A DNA stretch of 64,000 nucleotides from an uncultured Candidatus Poseidoniales archaeon. GTDB taxonomy: Archaea; Thermoplasmatota; Poseidoniia; Poseidoniales; Thalassarchaeaceae. Position 1 is the first letter of the stretch; every line of letters begins with the position of its first letter. The notes beneath the pieces are model-generated. The model made no database searches. It had not been told where the DNA came from and was given only the letters and a program-made list of their open reading frames with translations. Positions 38,419 to 48,781 of the stretch are shown in pieces. A program made the translations under genes and the position numbers. The stretch lies in contig CACGIE010000001.1 of the NCBI GenBank assembly GCA_902573015.1, positions 8,528 through 72,527 of the forward strand, in the 5' to 3' direction.

Positions 38419-39252
38419 TCAGGGACCGTTCTGTTCCCACCAAAGATGCCCATATGCTGCCCATTGCTCCATTGACCACCCATCTGGAAGTCCGGTGATT
38501 GGTAGCGGCATCGCTCCTTCGGGAACTTGGTGAGTAGGGAGAGTGGGGACAGTTGCCTGAAGCGTTTCATTGATCTCTGACTCCGAGACCCCCCCGGTAA
38601 CAACGTCCCCTGTTGTGTAGGTATCTAGAGCAGCCGCTCTTCTTTCTTCCTTTGTCCCTGCCTGGAGGGCTGATCCTCGAGGAATCAGTTCTTCATCCGA
38701 ATCAACTGGGGAGAATTCCTGTCTGGCCCTAATCCCAAGTGAGATTAGTGCACCCAATACAACTACGAACAGTACTGCTAGAGTCCAAGCTGGGAGGCCT
38801 AAAGTTTCGAACAATCCTGATATGCCCCCTTGATTGGAGGATTTGGATTTGCTGACATCAAAAACAAAGGACGAGTTAGTCAGAGTTGCCGTGCTGTCCT
38901 GAGATGTTGAGTTGGCGTAGAATCGCAATTGAGTGAGTCCGTCCTCTGCCGATTTTCTAGGGGTTATTGAGACTGTAATTTCGTAATGATTCCCTGGTTC
39001 TAATTCCTCTGCTGGCCATTGGTATTTTACGGTCCAACCATCGATTTCTTCATGATTGATTAATATCGGGGATTCGGTGTTACCCTTGTTTTGCACTACC
39101 AATACCAGAGTTGTTTCCTCCCCCTCGGCAATTCCCTGAATGCTGGGGGTCTCAGATTGAGCTTCCAGCCAAACTGAGGGTAGGACTGTTACATCCAAAT
39201 CTAATGTGACTGTTTCAGTGGAGAGGCTGGGCGATGTGGACTGTATTATCAC
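38419..39252 (-). CDS. C-terminal part of the S8 protease gene: last beta-domain, TM anchor and cytoplasmic tail. Separated from 39260-43180 by a 1-nt frameshift in a G8/C8 run.
   Basis: No signal peptide of its own. TM segment LPAWTLAVLFVVVLGALISLGI followed by RARQ. The frame is open upstream into the C8 run at 39278-39285. Confidence 0.7.
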   Translation of the reverse strand: MIIQSTSPSLSTETVTLDLDVTVLPSVWLEAQSETPSIQGIAEGEETTLVLVVQNKGNTESPILINHEEIDGWTVKYQWPAEELEPGNHYEITVSITPRKSAEDGLTQLRFYANSTSQDSTATLTNSSFVFDVSKSKSSNQGGISGLFETLGLPAWTLAVLFVVVLGALISLGIRARQEFSPVDSDEELIPRGSALQAGTKEERRAAALDTYTTGDVVTGGVSESEINETLQATVPTLPTHQVPEGAMPLPITGLPDGWSMEQWAAYGHLWWEQNGP

Positions 39253-39259
39253 TGGAACC

Positions 39260-42200
39260 TTATTCGATAGAGTTCCTGGGGGGGGTTCCGCTAGGTAACT
39301 GTAGAGCGATATTGACTACAGAGTCCCGATTCATGTCCATGGAGAAAGTGCTTCCTGTCAGGAAGCCTCCGGACCAACCCTCAGGAAGAGTGCCTAGTGT
39401 GAGTTCAATCAACAGTGGTACGTTTCCAGAATTGTGCAAGAAAATATTGGCATTCCCATCCCTACCCAAAGAGATTGAGAATCCTTCTTCAGCCTGTACG
39501 TCCAGAGTTGTGATTTCTTTAACTTCTAGGACCGTCGCATTAGTGACGATATTGTCGTCTAAAGTAGTCTTGATAGTCACGGTGTTTCTGTCACCTTTTA
39601 CTGAAGCTAGGGGAACAATAGTCCTGATAATTATTCTAGATTCTGAACCGGGATCGATATCTGTTTGTATTGTTGTGTCCTCTCCCAATGGAGGATCTTC
39701 GTCGTATAGATAAACCTGTATTGGCCAAGTATTGCTAGATGATAATGCCCTTACGTCGAAATTTAGTGGAATATTTCCCCTGTTGGAAATTGTCAGTATT
39801 GTAGAAATTGTGTCTCCATTTTGTACTGCACGAGATTCAGTTATGGCTACGGGTCCTAATTCGTTTCCTTCAATATCTGAAATCTGGGTTGAGAATGCCC
39901 TGCTCTCTAGAACCTCGACTGTGGCTGTCTCCGTAGTTTGCAGATTTGGATCATTAACCGAAGTTGTGATGCAGGTTACTAGATTTGTATCTCCTGCGAG
40001 GATACCAGAAGAGGCTGGCGGGACCTTTACGCGAATAGGGACAGGAACGAATTGGAGCCTGCTGAGCGGACCAATTGTTACTTCGGGAACTTGGCTGCTT
40101 CCTACGTGAACAATCCATCTATCTTCTGTTTCACAGGAAATTCCGTATTCAGTGGGGCCATTTCCTATGTTCCTAACTGATAGTGTAAAAAGCGCGAATT
40201 CGTTTGGTTCGGCCCCTAGATCTTCTGTCCCAGCAGGAACAGTGAAGAGTCCCTCAACCCGGTCTATATCGACAGAAAGTCGAACAGAATGCGAAATTGT
40301 TGGTGCCATCTTGTCGTATAGAATCAGGTCAGTCACGAAATGTCCGGGGAGTGCGAATCTACTCTCCACGTCAGCATCTTCGTCTGTTAAATTAAGAGAA
40401 ATTAGGACTCTGTCTCCAGACTCTCCCGATGGAGACAGAACCCATGGTCCTGAATCGCTAAGGGTCTCGGACCACTCATCCTGAGGAGACGACATGATTC
40501 CTGAATCTCCTATTTCCTGGACTGCAGAAATCGAAAGTTCCACGGTGGTTTCCGAAGTTCCTTCGTTAACTAACTCCAACTGGAAGTTTGCCCAGCTCTC
40601 AGTGCTGGGGTTGATGTCCCTATTCCTAGCAGACTGAGACTCGACGAAATCAGTAGGATAAGACCCATCTGCCATTAGGGGTATGATTCTTACACCAATC
40701 TCTGTAACGTTGAATTCTAGATCGAAGATGTTGTTATTCGTCCCGATGGTCTCGTCGTTCAATTCATCAACTTGAGAAAGGTAATCTAGGGTTAGTCTGA
40801 CCAAGTGAGTCCCGGTCGACTGGAATGAGTGGTAAATAGAGAATGTCTCTATCTGCCCCCCCGGTAATGAGGGCATTGAGTATGTCCCTATTTCGTTTCC
40901 ATCGGTCACATCTTCAAGAGATATTGAGTACTGTCCAGTTGGAGCTGCAGCCTGATTTATCCAGGAAAGTTGCAGGGAAATTGTGTCCCCCTTTAGAGGA
41001 CTGGTTTCTGAACTGAAGATGGAATTGGGAACTACTGTTAAGTCGGCCTCTTGCAATTCGATTGCGTTGGAAGAAACAACCAGTGAGAAGTCTTGGGAGA
41101 ATCCGCCTGAATGCCCTATCTTGACTGTCCAAATTCCTGATTCAGTAGACGCGATTCTGACCCTCTCTAGATTGTTCAAAATGTCGATTTTGCCAGTTGA
41201 CTGACTAAAACCATTTGCGAAGTCGTTACCGTTGAACTGCTCTCCCGAAGGCGAGGTTACGACTAAGTCTAGATCGTTTACTAGCCGACTTGTATTCTGG
41301 TCTGCTGATGCGGACCCTTCCCTGTCGTTCCAAGACAGAGTGGCATCAAGTGCGTTATTCCCGGAAACTTCGAAGGTATAGATGAAACTATGGCCGGGTA
41401 AGAGATTTCTATCCTGATCCAAAAATAGCGTTTGATTTATCCCGTTGCTTTGGGGGAAAATACTGTTTGAGATGTTTAGTTGCCCCCAACCCTCTTGCGG
41501 GTTTGGGACATCTAATTCTCCAATATCTTCGGCACCGTTTACGAGTATTGCTCTAATCAAATCAGAGTTTGGGGACGTCATTCCGACTTCCTCTCTCAGG
41601 AACTGTCGAACCATTGCTGAAGCACCCGCCACCACCGGAGTAGCCATAGAAGACCCACTTAGGGTCATGTAGAGTGGAGTTGTTCCATCGGTATGCAACG
41701 ACTCTGAGCAACTACCTCCTGTAGTTAGGTCGGCCTCTTGTGCTCTAGCAGAGCAGATCATAACACCTGGTGCAACCAATTCGGGCTTTATTCGGCCATC
41801 GGAAGTAGGTCCTGATGATGATTCGTCAGAGACCTGTCCTACGGGTTCAGAACCGAATGCTCCTGTTGTGGAAGCACCAACAGTGAGGGAATTCTTTGCC
41901 GTGCTCGGAGATGCGACACCCGAGTTTGACATATCTCCCGATGAGAAGATAACTAACATCTCTGGATAGTCGTTCGCGAATAAATCAATTGATCTGGAAT
42001 CGGAAGTGTACTCGCCGACCAGGTTCTCGCTACCCCAACTGTTTGTGTGGATATTTGCATCGTTCAGAAAGGAGTGTTCGAACATATCGTACAGAGAACC
42101 CCACCGTGCGAGTATTCCAGAACTATCCACTTCTAACTGGTAGAAATGAAATGTAGACTCGGGGACAATGCCCGTAGAATTTGAGTCTCCCGACCCGTCC

Positions 42201-43180
42201 CCCAGAAGAGTGGCGGTAACATGGGTGCCGTGGCCAGTGTTTGAGTCAGCACCAGAGCTGTCTGGACCAAATAGGTTGTAGATCGGATTTCGGAGACGAT
42301 TTCCGAAGTCACCGTGATCTACGTCAAGGCCCGTATCTGAAATTCCTATGACTTCTCCCTCTCCACGTAAATCTAATTCAGATAGTGATCTTGCATAGTC
42401 TACTCCTGAGATTATGCTAGCATTTGAATTGTGTATTGCAAGGACCGGACCCATCTCCACCCTTAGAACGCGGAAATCTGTAGCAAGAGAGGAGATTAGA
42501 GATGTTTTAGCGGATTTTACCTTGCACAGATATTTGTCGCAGTGAGACTGCGCATGTAATTCTCCCGTTTTCTCGAAAAGTTCCCTTTCAAGATTTGATA
42601 GATCTTCGGGAGAGTTAGAGGGAGAAGGAGTGATGTCGAGATCGATTAGGGCCCCATCCAGATCCATTAACGGGTACAGTGTCTTAGAAATCTTCCACGT
42701 CGTTGGAAACTGGCCGACCCACCTAACTTGATTCAATTCTTGGATGGTATTGATTTGCTCGCCTATTCTCGATGATGCAATGCTAATGACGACGGAATCA
42801 TCAGGAAAATGATCAATAATTTGTATTCCTAGGAAATTTAACGAGTCCTCCAGTTCCTGTAGGTCGGAGCTATGGGACTGAACAATGAATAGTCTTCCAT
42901 CATTGAATTCGGAGAGGCCTATCTTTTCCCATGGTCCTGCTGGGGTAGATTCAGTCAGAGGATCGAATTGTCCGAATGGTGAGTGGATTAATCCTGAAGA
43001 CTCACTAATTGGATGATTGCCAATTGATGGATTATGAAGAACTACCCAATTATTTTCTGTTATGGGTGAGGACATAGATTGTGTCCTTTCTTCATCAATA
43101 CTTTCCATTGAAATTTTAGAAGAAATTGGTGAAAGTAAAATCAAAGAAACTGCAAAGTAAATTGCTTTTGCAGAAGTCAT
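39260..43180 (-). CDS. giant secreted subtilisin-like (S8) serine protease with many Ig/CARDB-like beta domains
   Basis: Signal peptide MTSAKAIYFAVSLILLSPISS. Catalytic triad motifs ISDTGLDVDHGDF (Asp), GHGTHVTATLLG (His) and SGSSMATPVVAGASAMV (Ser). About 800 aa of repeated beta-type domains follow. Confidence 0.9.
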   Translation of the reverse strand: MTSAKAIYFAVSLILLSPISSKISMESIDEERTQSMSSPITENNWVVLHNPSIGNHPISESSGLIHSPFGQFDPLTESTPAGPWEKIGLSEFNDGRLFIVQSHSSDLQELEDSLNFLGIQIIDHFPDDSVVISIASSRIGEQINTIQELNQVRWVGQFPTTWKISKTLYPLMDLDGALIDLDITPSPSNSPEDLSNLERELFEKTGELHAQSHCDKYLCKVKSAKTSLISSLATDFRVLRVEMGPVLAIHNSNASIISGVDYARSLSELDLRGEGEVIGISDTGLDVDHGDFGNRLRNPIYNLFGPDSSGADSNTGHGTHVTATLLGDGSGDSNSTGIVPESTFHFYQLEVDSSGILARWGSLYDMFEHSFLNDANIHTNSWGSENLVGEYTSDSRSIDLFANDYPEMLVIFSSGDMSNSGVASPSTAKNSLTVGASTTGAFGSEPVGQVSDESSSGPTSDGRIKPELVAPGVMICSARAQEADLTTGGSCSESLHTDGTTPLYMTLSGSSMATPVVAGASAMVRQFLREEVGMTSPNSDLIRAILVNGAEDIGELDVPNPQEGWGQLNISNSIFPQSNGINQTLFLDQDRNLLPGHSFIYTFEVSGNNALDATLSWNDREGSASADQNTSRLVNDLDLVVTSPSGEQFNGNDFANGFSQSTGKIDILNNLERVRIASTESGIWTVKIGHSGGFSQDFSLVVSSNAIELQEADLTVVPNSIFSSETSPLKGDTISLQLSWINQAAAPTGQYSISLEDVTDGNEIGTYSMPSLPGGQIETFSIYHSFQSTGTHLVRLTLDYLSQVDELNDETIGTNNNIFDLEFNVTEIGVRIIPLMADGSYPTDFVESQSARNRDINPSTESWANFQLELVNEGTSETTVELSISAVQEIGDSGIMSSPQDEWSETLSDSGPWVLSPSGESGDRVLISLNLTDEDADVESRFALPGHFVTDLILYDKMAPTISHSVRLSVDIDRVEGLFTVPAGTEDLGAEPNEFALFTLSVRNIGNGPTEYGISCETEDRWIVHVGSSQVPEVTIGPLSRLQFVPVPIRVKVPPASSGILAGDTNLVTCITTSVNDPNLQTTETATVEVLESRAFSTQISDIEGNELGPVAITESRAVQNGDTISTILTISNRGNIPLNFDVRALSSSNTWPIQVYLYDEDPPLGEDTTIQTDIDPGSESRIIIRTIVPLASVKGDRNTVTIKTTLDDNIVTNATVLEVKEITTLDVQAEEGFSISLGRDGNANIFLHNSGNVPLLIELTLGTLPEGWSGGFLTGSTFSMDMNRDSVVNIALQLPSGTPPRNSIE

Positions 43181-43241
43181 TCGCTTTTCGGAGGCTAGGG
43201 CCTCTTTTGACTATTGACTATTTCCGGGCTGACCAAACATG

Positions 43242-44282
43242 TCATGTAGAATAGTAAGTACTGATGGCTGAATCGGTCTTTTCGACTGATATCCTCCAGT
43301 CTTCTTCGGCACCCATTAGTGCCCTTATGCAATCTATATTCTCCGGGATTACGTCACTCTCTTGGTGTATGGCTTGAAAGTAATATAGCCGGTCTCCCAC
43401 GAGTTTCACTCCGTCCTCCCAAACGAATATTTCATGCAAGTCTCCCCACTTTCTACCTATATCTCTGGCCATCTCCATCACCTCTGCAGTAGTGGGGATT
43501 CTATCATCGGCGCCATTCATGATGATTACCCGGGGAGTGTGCGACCACATTTCGATTATCGACTCTGTAGATAGACCGTGACCCTTTGGTAAATCTGCAA
43601 TAATACAGTGAACATGCATTATTGTGGTGGGAACTGCGACCGCGAGGCTATTTATCTCAATCTCGGGTTTTACCGTCATGACATCTGGTCCATGATGGCT
43701 AGGGACCTTGAGAACGGGTTTGATCGCATTAATCGGGCCCTTGCCGGAGTCTCCTGGATCAGCCGCACGCCTCACCATTGTACACTCAACTTTCAACGAG
43801 CCACAGTGCTCGAATAGTGGCACAAGTGTTCTAGATAGGCCAGTAGTATTGCAAGAAACTACTCTTGTTCCTTCGGCGTTCAAATTCTCCTTGTGATTAG
43901 CGGACGAAGTGTAAGAGAGACCTGTGAGATCATGTTTTTCTCCTCCTTGGAAAATATATTTTACTCCTGCAGAGAGATATTTCTCGAGATTCTCAGCACC
44001 CAATTTACCAGGCGCACAATCTACAACCACATCCGCGATCGAAAGTAAATCGGAAAGCCCCCCAGAGCAACCATAACCCTTTTTCTCGAAGAGGGATATT
44101 CTTTCTTTATCGTCGAAGGTGCAGTACAGGGGGAAGCCTTTCTTTATCGCCAGTTCACAACCGAAGCTTGGACCAGTCTTGGTAACTCCAACGACTTCCA
44201 TGTCATCTTGTGCGTCTACCGCATCTGCTACTCGCTTGCCTATCGTACCGAATCCATTAATTGCCACTTTTATGGTTCCCAT
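43242..44282 (-). CDS. gap: glyceraldehyde-3-phosphate dehydrogenase, archaeal type II
   Basis: KVAINGFGTIGKRVADAV and the active-site VVSCNTTGLSR. 346 aa. Confidence 0.93.
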   Translation of the reverse strand: MGTIKVAINGFGTIGKRVADAVDAQDDMEVVGVTKTGPSFGCELAIKKGFPLYCTFDDKERISLFEKKGYGCSGGLSDLLSIADVVVDCAPGKLGAENLEKYLSAGVKYIFQGGEKHDLTGLSYTSSANHKENLNAEGTRVVSCNTTGLSRTLVPLFEHCGSLKVECTMVRRAADPGDSGKGPINAIKPVLKVPSHHGPDVMTVKPEIEINSLAVAVPTTIMHVHCIIADLPKGHGLSTESIIEMWSHTPRVIIMNGADDRIPTTAEVMEMARDIGRKWGDLHEIFVWEDGVKLVGDRLYYFQAIHQESDVIPENIDCIRALMGAEEDWRISVEKTDSAISTYYST

Positions 44283-44413
44283 TATCTAATCCCCATGTTG
44301 TTGCCTATGAAGTTCCTAGTCTGAAGGATGCCTATGAACATAGCGAATTCGGGAAGAGTCAATAATGGGTCGCCTCCTTCTGATTACAGAGTATTACAAA
44401 GGGGAGGACCAAA

Positions 44414-45955
44414 GTGAAGGAGTTGGCAATCAAGAGTATGAAACTCAATAGAGATCTGGATAGATACGTCGAGCAGGCTCTCGAGCAAGGTAGGCCAGTG
44501 AAAATTGGATGGGGAAGAGCGGGAGACGAGAGGCCGAAGGATGGAGAGTTTGGTGTACTAACACACTTGCCGGAAGGGGCCAAGGTACTATGTCTGGGGA
44601 ATCTAGGACCATTAGTAGGAGCTGCAAATAGAGGCGGAACCCTGACTCTTAGAGGAAGTGCTGGTTCAATGTTGGCGTCATTCCATGTCAAAGGAAAGAC
44701 GGTGGTTGAGAAGGATGTGGGAGATAAAGCTGGATTTGGGATGCAAGGTGGAGAGATAACCATCCAAGGGTCTTCTGGAAGTGAAACAGGTTCAGCCATG
44801 AGCGGAGGAGTCATGTTGGTCAGAGGTCATGCTGGAGACTACCTGGGTTCTAGAATGTCTGGAGGATCTGTTATTGTTATGGGTTCAGTAGGGTCAGATC
44901 CTGGAACCGGAATGACTGGAGGGAGGATTATTGTCTCGGGGAGCTGCCCTCCCCCACCCGATGGTGTAGAGATGAGATCGATAAAGAAATCAGAAATCAA
45001 AGAGTTCGCAAAAAACCTAGAGCCTATGGGACTTGAGCTAAATGAGGACGCATTGGTTCTAGAGCCTAGTGAGGAAATTCATGCTGAAGATAAGCTCCCG
45101 GAGTGCTCAATCCTAGAAGGATTTGAGAAGATTTCCTTGCACCCCAATGAAGACTCTCTGGCAGAAAATGCCGTACTGGATCACTATACACTTCTTGTAC
45201 AGAATGGCTCAGATTCAGAAGGTGCGCTACTTGAAATTCCCTGGTTAATTAGCTGCCAGACTACATTTGGTTCCGAAGAATGGGACGAGGTAGCAGCGCC
45301 AGCAATTGTTCGCTCCGAAACTAGGGCAACCGACCTGCTTCTAGTGGGCAAGAAAGAGTTCGCAGATTCAATCGACTTTGTTAGTAATTGCTCTGGACTA
45401 ATTTTTGATATTACTGATTTTCCTGGCCTTAATGACTCAGAAATTGAGGCTATGGTGATTTCTTTGAGAAGCAGGATGGATAATAATGCAATAATTCTTC
45501 TCAGGGGAAGGATTGACAGAATTGAGAGGGTGTTCAGATTAGTGATGGACTTGGAACTGGACGGTGCAGTAGTAATCGGTTCAACCCCCGGTGGTTCAAG
45601 ACTTGCATCTTCCCTCCCGAAGATTGGCCTTGCATCGAAGGCAATGGGGATTGGTGAGACGGGTAAGTTCGTGATGCTGGAGATCGACTTTGAGCCGGAG
45701 GCCAAGGATATGCTAATCGCCGTAGCATCTGGTTGTACTGCGATAGTTTCTCCTCACATGGGTGGTAGCGTGTATTCAAAGATTGAGGATCTTGGAAATG
45801 AAATACGAGGTTGGATGAGAGACATAGGAGTTGATCGAATAGACAGGATTGGAAGGAGGAATCTCAGAGCCAACGACTATGATACTGCTGCAATATCTGG
45901 ACTGAGGCTTGTGGGATATGAACGTCCTCTGAAAATGTGGTTAGAACTAGGGTGA
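44414..45955 (+). CDS. GXGXG-motif (GltB C-terminal/FwdC-like beta-helix) domain fused to a degenerate glutamate-synthase-like barrel; function unknown (GTG start)
   Basis: Repeats GMQGGEITIQGSSGSETGSAMSGGVMLVRGHAGDYLGSRMSGGSVIVMGSVGSDPGTGMTGGRIIVSG. The C-terminal half ends EIRGWMRDIGVDRIDRIGRRNL, like the GltS FMN-domain C-terminus, but I see no Fe-S or FMN motifs. Confidence 0.65.
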   Translation: MKELAIKSMKLNRDLDRYVEQALEQGRPVKIGWGRAGDERPKDGEFGVLTHLPEGAKVLCLGNLGPLVGAANRGGTLTLRGSAGSMLASFHVKGKTVVEKDVGDKAGFGMQGGEITIQGSSGSETGSAMSGGVMLVRGHAGDYLGSRMSGGSVIVMGSVGSDPGTGMTGGRIIVSGSCPPPPDGVEMRSIKKSEIKEFAKNLEPMGLELNEDALVLEPSEEIHAEDKLPECSILEGFEKISLHPNEDSLAENAVLDHYTLLVQNGSDSEGALLEIPWLISCQTTFGSEEWDEVAAPAIVRSETRATDLLLVGKKEFADSIDFVSNCSGLIFDITDFPGLNDSEIEAMVISLRSRMDNNAIILLRGRIDRIERVFRLVMDLELDGAVVIGSTPGGSRLASSLPKIGLASKAMGIGETGKFVMLEIDFEPEAKDMLIAVASGCTAIVSPHMGGSVYSKIEDLGNEIRGWMRDIGVDRIDRIGRRNLRANDYDTAAISGLRLVGYERPLKMWLELG

Positions 45956-45959
45956 ATTA

Positions 45960-47714
45960 ATGCCTACTTTAGACTTCAAACACTCTATTCTCGAATTTGT
46001 ACAGAAGATCAATGGAATTGACCACAGATGGGAAGAATGGTCAGATTGGCTCCCCGACATTGGTTGCCCCGTTGATAGAAATGACGAACAGTCGGTAGAA
46101 GTAGAGGTGTTTCCGGATCGTCCAGACCTACTAAGTCATGAGACGATGAGTAGGGCGTCCAGGTCATTCCTTTGTCTAAGTGAGGAAGATGCCGACATGG
46201 CTGTAAAAACGGGTGAAATTTCTCTAACAGTTGATCCTCAACTGGCAAGTGTGAGGCCCGTTGTAATGGGAGCAGTTGTTAGAGCCGTAAATACTGGTGC
46301 TGATTCTGATGAAAGGGGGGATTTCATCCAGAGTCTGATGGACCATCAAGAAAAGTTGCATATGACACTCGGGAGAAAGCGAAGATTCGCTTCGATCGGA
46401 GTCCATGATCTCAATACACTCAGACCCCCATTTCGAGTAACAACTGTGTCGTCAGAATTTTCCTTCACCCCTCTGGCTAGTACTGAGGGCATGAGCATTG
46501 AGAAAATACTTACAGAACATCCCAAGGGAATAGAATATGCCCATCTCATGCAAGATCTGAAGGAGTTTCCGGTAATTCTGGACTCTGATGACAAGGTGCT
46601 ATCATTCCCCCCAATAATCAATGGAAGTCACACCACAGTAAGCGAAGAAACTACTGACTTTTTCATCGATGTAACGGGTTGGGACAGAAGAGCGTGTGAA
46701 GCATCGCTACTTCTCGTTTGTCTGTCTATGTCTGAGAGAGGAGGAGAAATTGAGAGTATCCAACTAAATGACACTGACGGAGAGCAGCATTTGACTCCAA
46801 AAGGAGAAGCCATGACTCATCGGGTTCCAGACAGCCTAATTGAGAAAATTCTGGGAATAAAATTGAGCTCAGAAGATTTGTCATCTTCAATCAAAAAAAT
46901 GGGCGGTACATTAGAAGAAAGTCGCACCGTTACAGATGGTCCTAACCAGAGGGGAAGATGGTCGGACTGTGTAGTTGGAGAGGTCGAGCATCTAATCAAA
47001 ATGCCTCGATGGAGGAGCGACATCATGCACCCAGTTGATATTGTGGAAGATATCGCGATCGGTTTCGGTTTCCAGAATCTTCCGCTGAAGCTTTCTACAA
47101 CACATCTTGATGCACTCCCATTGAAGAGCTCTAACCTGAAGAGGAGGGTTGGCGAGAGCATGAGGGCGTGCGGTCTCCAAGAAGTGCAGAGCCTGACCCT
47201 TTCAAACGAAAGAGACCAGTTCGAAAATGTTAGATGGCCAAATGAAGGATATGTTACAGAGATAGCAAATCCAATAACATCAGATCACACTCTTCTAAGA
47301 CAATACGTCCTGCCCTCGCTACTAAGACTGCTTGCAGCCAATCGCCATCATGAGCTACCACAGAGGATTTACGAACTAGGAGATGTCATCCGAGATTCGA
47401 AGAACTTCCTACGAGCGGCGTGGGCGTGTGCAGAAGTAGGCAGTGGATTCACTTCTTCAAAGGGCATTGTCCAAGCCCTTCTTCGAGATATGGGTGCGAT
47501 TCAAGATGATGTTGAATTCAGGCCGACAGATGCTGAGGATGGACCTTGGATAAGTGGAAGGGGGGGCCATGTTTTTATTCAAGAAGAGAAGATTGGGGAG
47601 TTCGGAGAGATTGATCCGAAAGTTAGCGGCTTTTTCGGAATTAAATCTCCAATTCAAGCAGGAGAGATCGACTTAGAGGCAATATACAGGATAGTCCCTG
47701 ATCCGATATCCTAG
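45960..47714 (+). CDS. pheT: phenylalanyl-tRNA synthetase beta subunit (archaeal type)
   Basis: MPTLDF...VEVEVFPDRPDLLSHETMSRA is the archaeal PheT N-terminal pattern. 584 aa. C-terminal catalytic-like fold motifs are present. Confidence 0.82.
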   Translation: MPTLDFKHSILEFVQKINGIDHRWEEWSDWLPDIGCPVDRNDEQSVEVEVFPDRPDLLSHETMSRASRSFLCLSEEDADMAVKTGEISLTVDPQLASVRPVVMGAVVRAVNTGADSDERGDFIQSLMDHQEKLHMTLGRKRRFASIGVHDLNTLRPPFRVTTVSSEFSFTPLASTEGMSIEKILTEHPKGIEYAHLMQDLKEFPVILDSDDKVLSFPPIINGSHTTVSEETTDFFIDVTGWDRRACEASLLLVCLSMSERGGEIESIQLNDTDGEQHLTPKGEAMTHRVPDSLIEKILGIKLSSEDLSSSIKKMGGTLEESRTVTDGPNQRGRWSDCVVGEVEHLIKMPRWRSDIMHPVDIVEDIAIGFGFQNLPLKLSTTHLDALPLKSSNLKRRVGESMRACGLQEVQSLTLSNERDQFENVRWPNEGYVTEIANPITSDHTLLRQYVLPSLLRLLAANRHHELPQRIYELGDVIRDSKNFLRAAWACAEVGSGFTSSKGIVQALLRDMGAIQDDVEFRPTDAEDGPWISGRGGHVFIQEEKIGEFGEIDPKVSGFFGIKSPIQAGEIDLEAIYRIVPDPIS

Positions 47715-47908
47715 TTCTCATCTTCGTCTTCAGAGAGAAGTTTCATTGCGTTCAAGAACTGCTTATTCTTCAGATGGCTTTTGTCATCCTTTTTTTCCTC
47801 TTTCTTTCCAGATTTTTTCTCATACTCAACCACATTCCTCATGTAATTCGTACGAGATACTTTCGATTTCGAGGGTTTCTTCTTCTTGAAGGGCCATATG
47901 GGTCCCAT
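47711..47908 (-). CDS. small lysine-rich protein with acidic tail, hypothetical
   Basis: 65-aa ORF in an otherwise unoccupied gap. Composition only. Confidence 0.3.
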   Translation of the reverse strand: MGPIWPFKKKKPSKSKVSRTNYMRNVVEYEKKSGKKEEKKDDKSHLKNKQFLNAMKLLSEDEDEN

Positions 47909-47999
47909 GTGACGTGAGCGGAGAGTGATGACATCATATTTTCCCTATTTTGAGTCGTTAAACAGTAGTTTTGATGGAATTAGTTCTGTTGGAGTGGGC

Positions 48000-48737
48000 A
48001 TGCTTGCACGGCACATAGGGGTGGACGAGGCCGGAAGAGGCCCCGCCATTGGGCCACTAGTTGTTTCAGCGCTTAATATTCCTGAGAGAGACAGGTCGAT
48101 TCTCAGAGATTTGGGAGTCGATGATTCGAAGAATCTGAGTAAAAAGAATAGGAATCGCCTGTATAAGGAGATTTTATCATACACTGAATCATTAGATTGG
48201 ACCATTGGTTTGGTAATTTGTGATGCAAGAAGAATAGACGAGTGGATGGATGACGAGAATCTGAATTCGTTAGAGGTGCTCCTCTTTTCCGAAGCAATAG
48301 GAGATGCTGCTGAACCCGGGGGAAATCTAGAGATTTTTCTCGATGCATGTGACGTTGATGAAGAGAGGTTCGGTAGGATGGTGTCCAAGACTCTTGGAGA
48401 TGGTTGGCATGATTGTAAGATTTATTCAGAGCACAAGATGGATTCCAGAGATGAAGTCGTTGCAGCGGCAAGCATCATTGCCAAAGTAAGTAGGGACTCA
48501 GCGATGGAAGAGCTGTCACAGGAATTGAATATTGATCTAGGTTCTGGATATCCCTCGGACCCCAAGACCAGGGGGGCCCTAGAGATATTGTGTCAGGAAG
48601 AAGTTCTTGCGGATTGTATCAGAAGAAAATGGGCGAATGTTAAGAGAACCTGGAGCAGGAGCCACAATCGCCCCATTCAAACAAGAGCGAATGAACGAAA
48701 CGGAGTGTTTCAATCGGCTTTAGATGAATGGGAATAA
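48000..48737 (+). CDS. rnhB: ribonuclease HII
   Basis: IGVDEAGRGPAIGPLVV (DEAGRG active-site motif), DDSKNLS, LDACDVDEERF and ASIIAKV. Start placed at the ATG at 48000. The track ORF begins at 47925. Confidence 0.88.
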   Translation: MLARHIGVDEAGRGPAIGPLVVSALNIPERDRSILRDLGVDDSKNLSKKNRNRLYKEILSYTESLDWTIGLVICDARRIDEWMDDENLNSLEVLLFSEAIGDAAEPGGNLEIFLDACDVDEERFGRMVSKTLGDGWHDCKIYSEHKMDSRDEVVAAASIIAKVSRDSAMEELSQELNIDLGSGYPSDPKTRGALEILCQEEVLADCIRRKWANVKRTWSRSHNRPIQTRANERNGVFQSALDEWE

Positions 48738-48781
48738 TAAGAATGGTGAAATGTAACCAATGTCTGGTTCAGATGTAAAAT

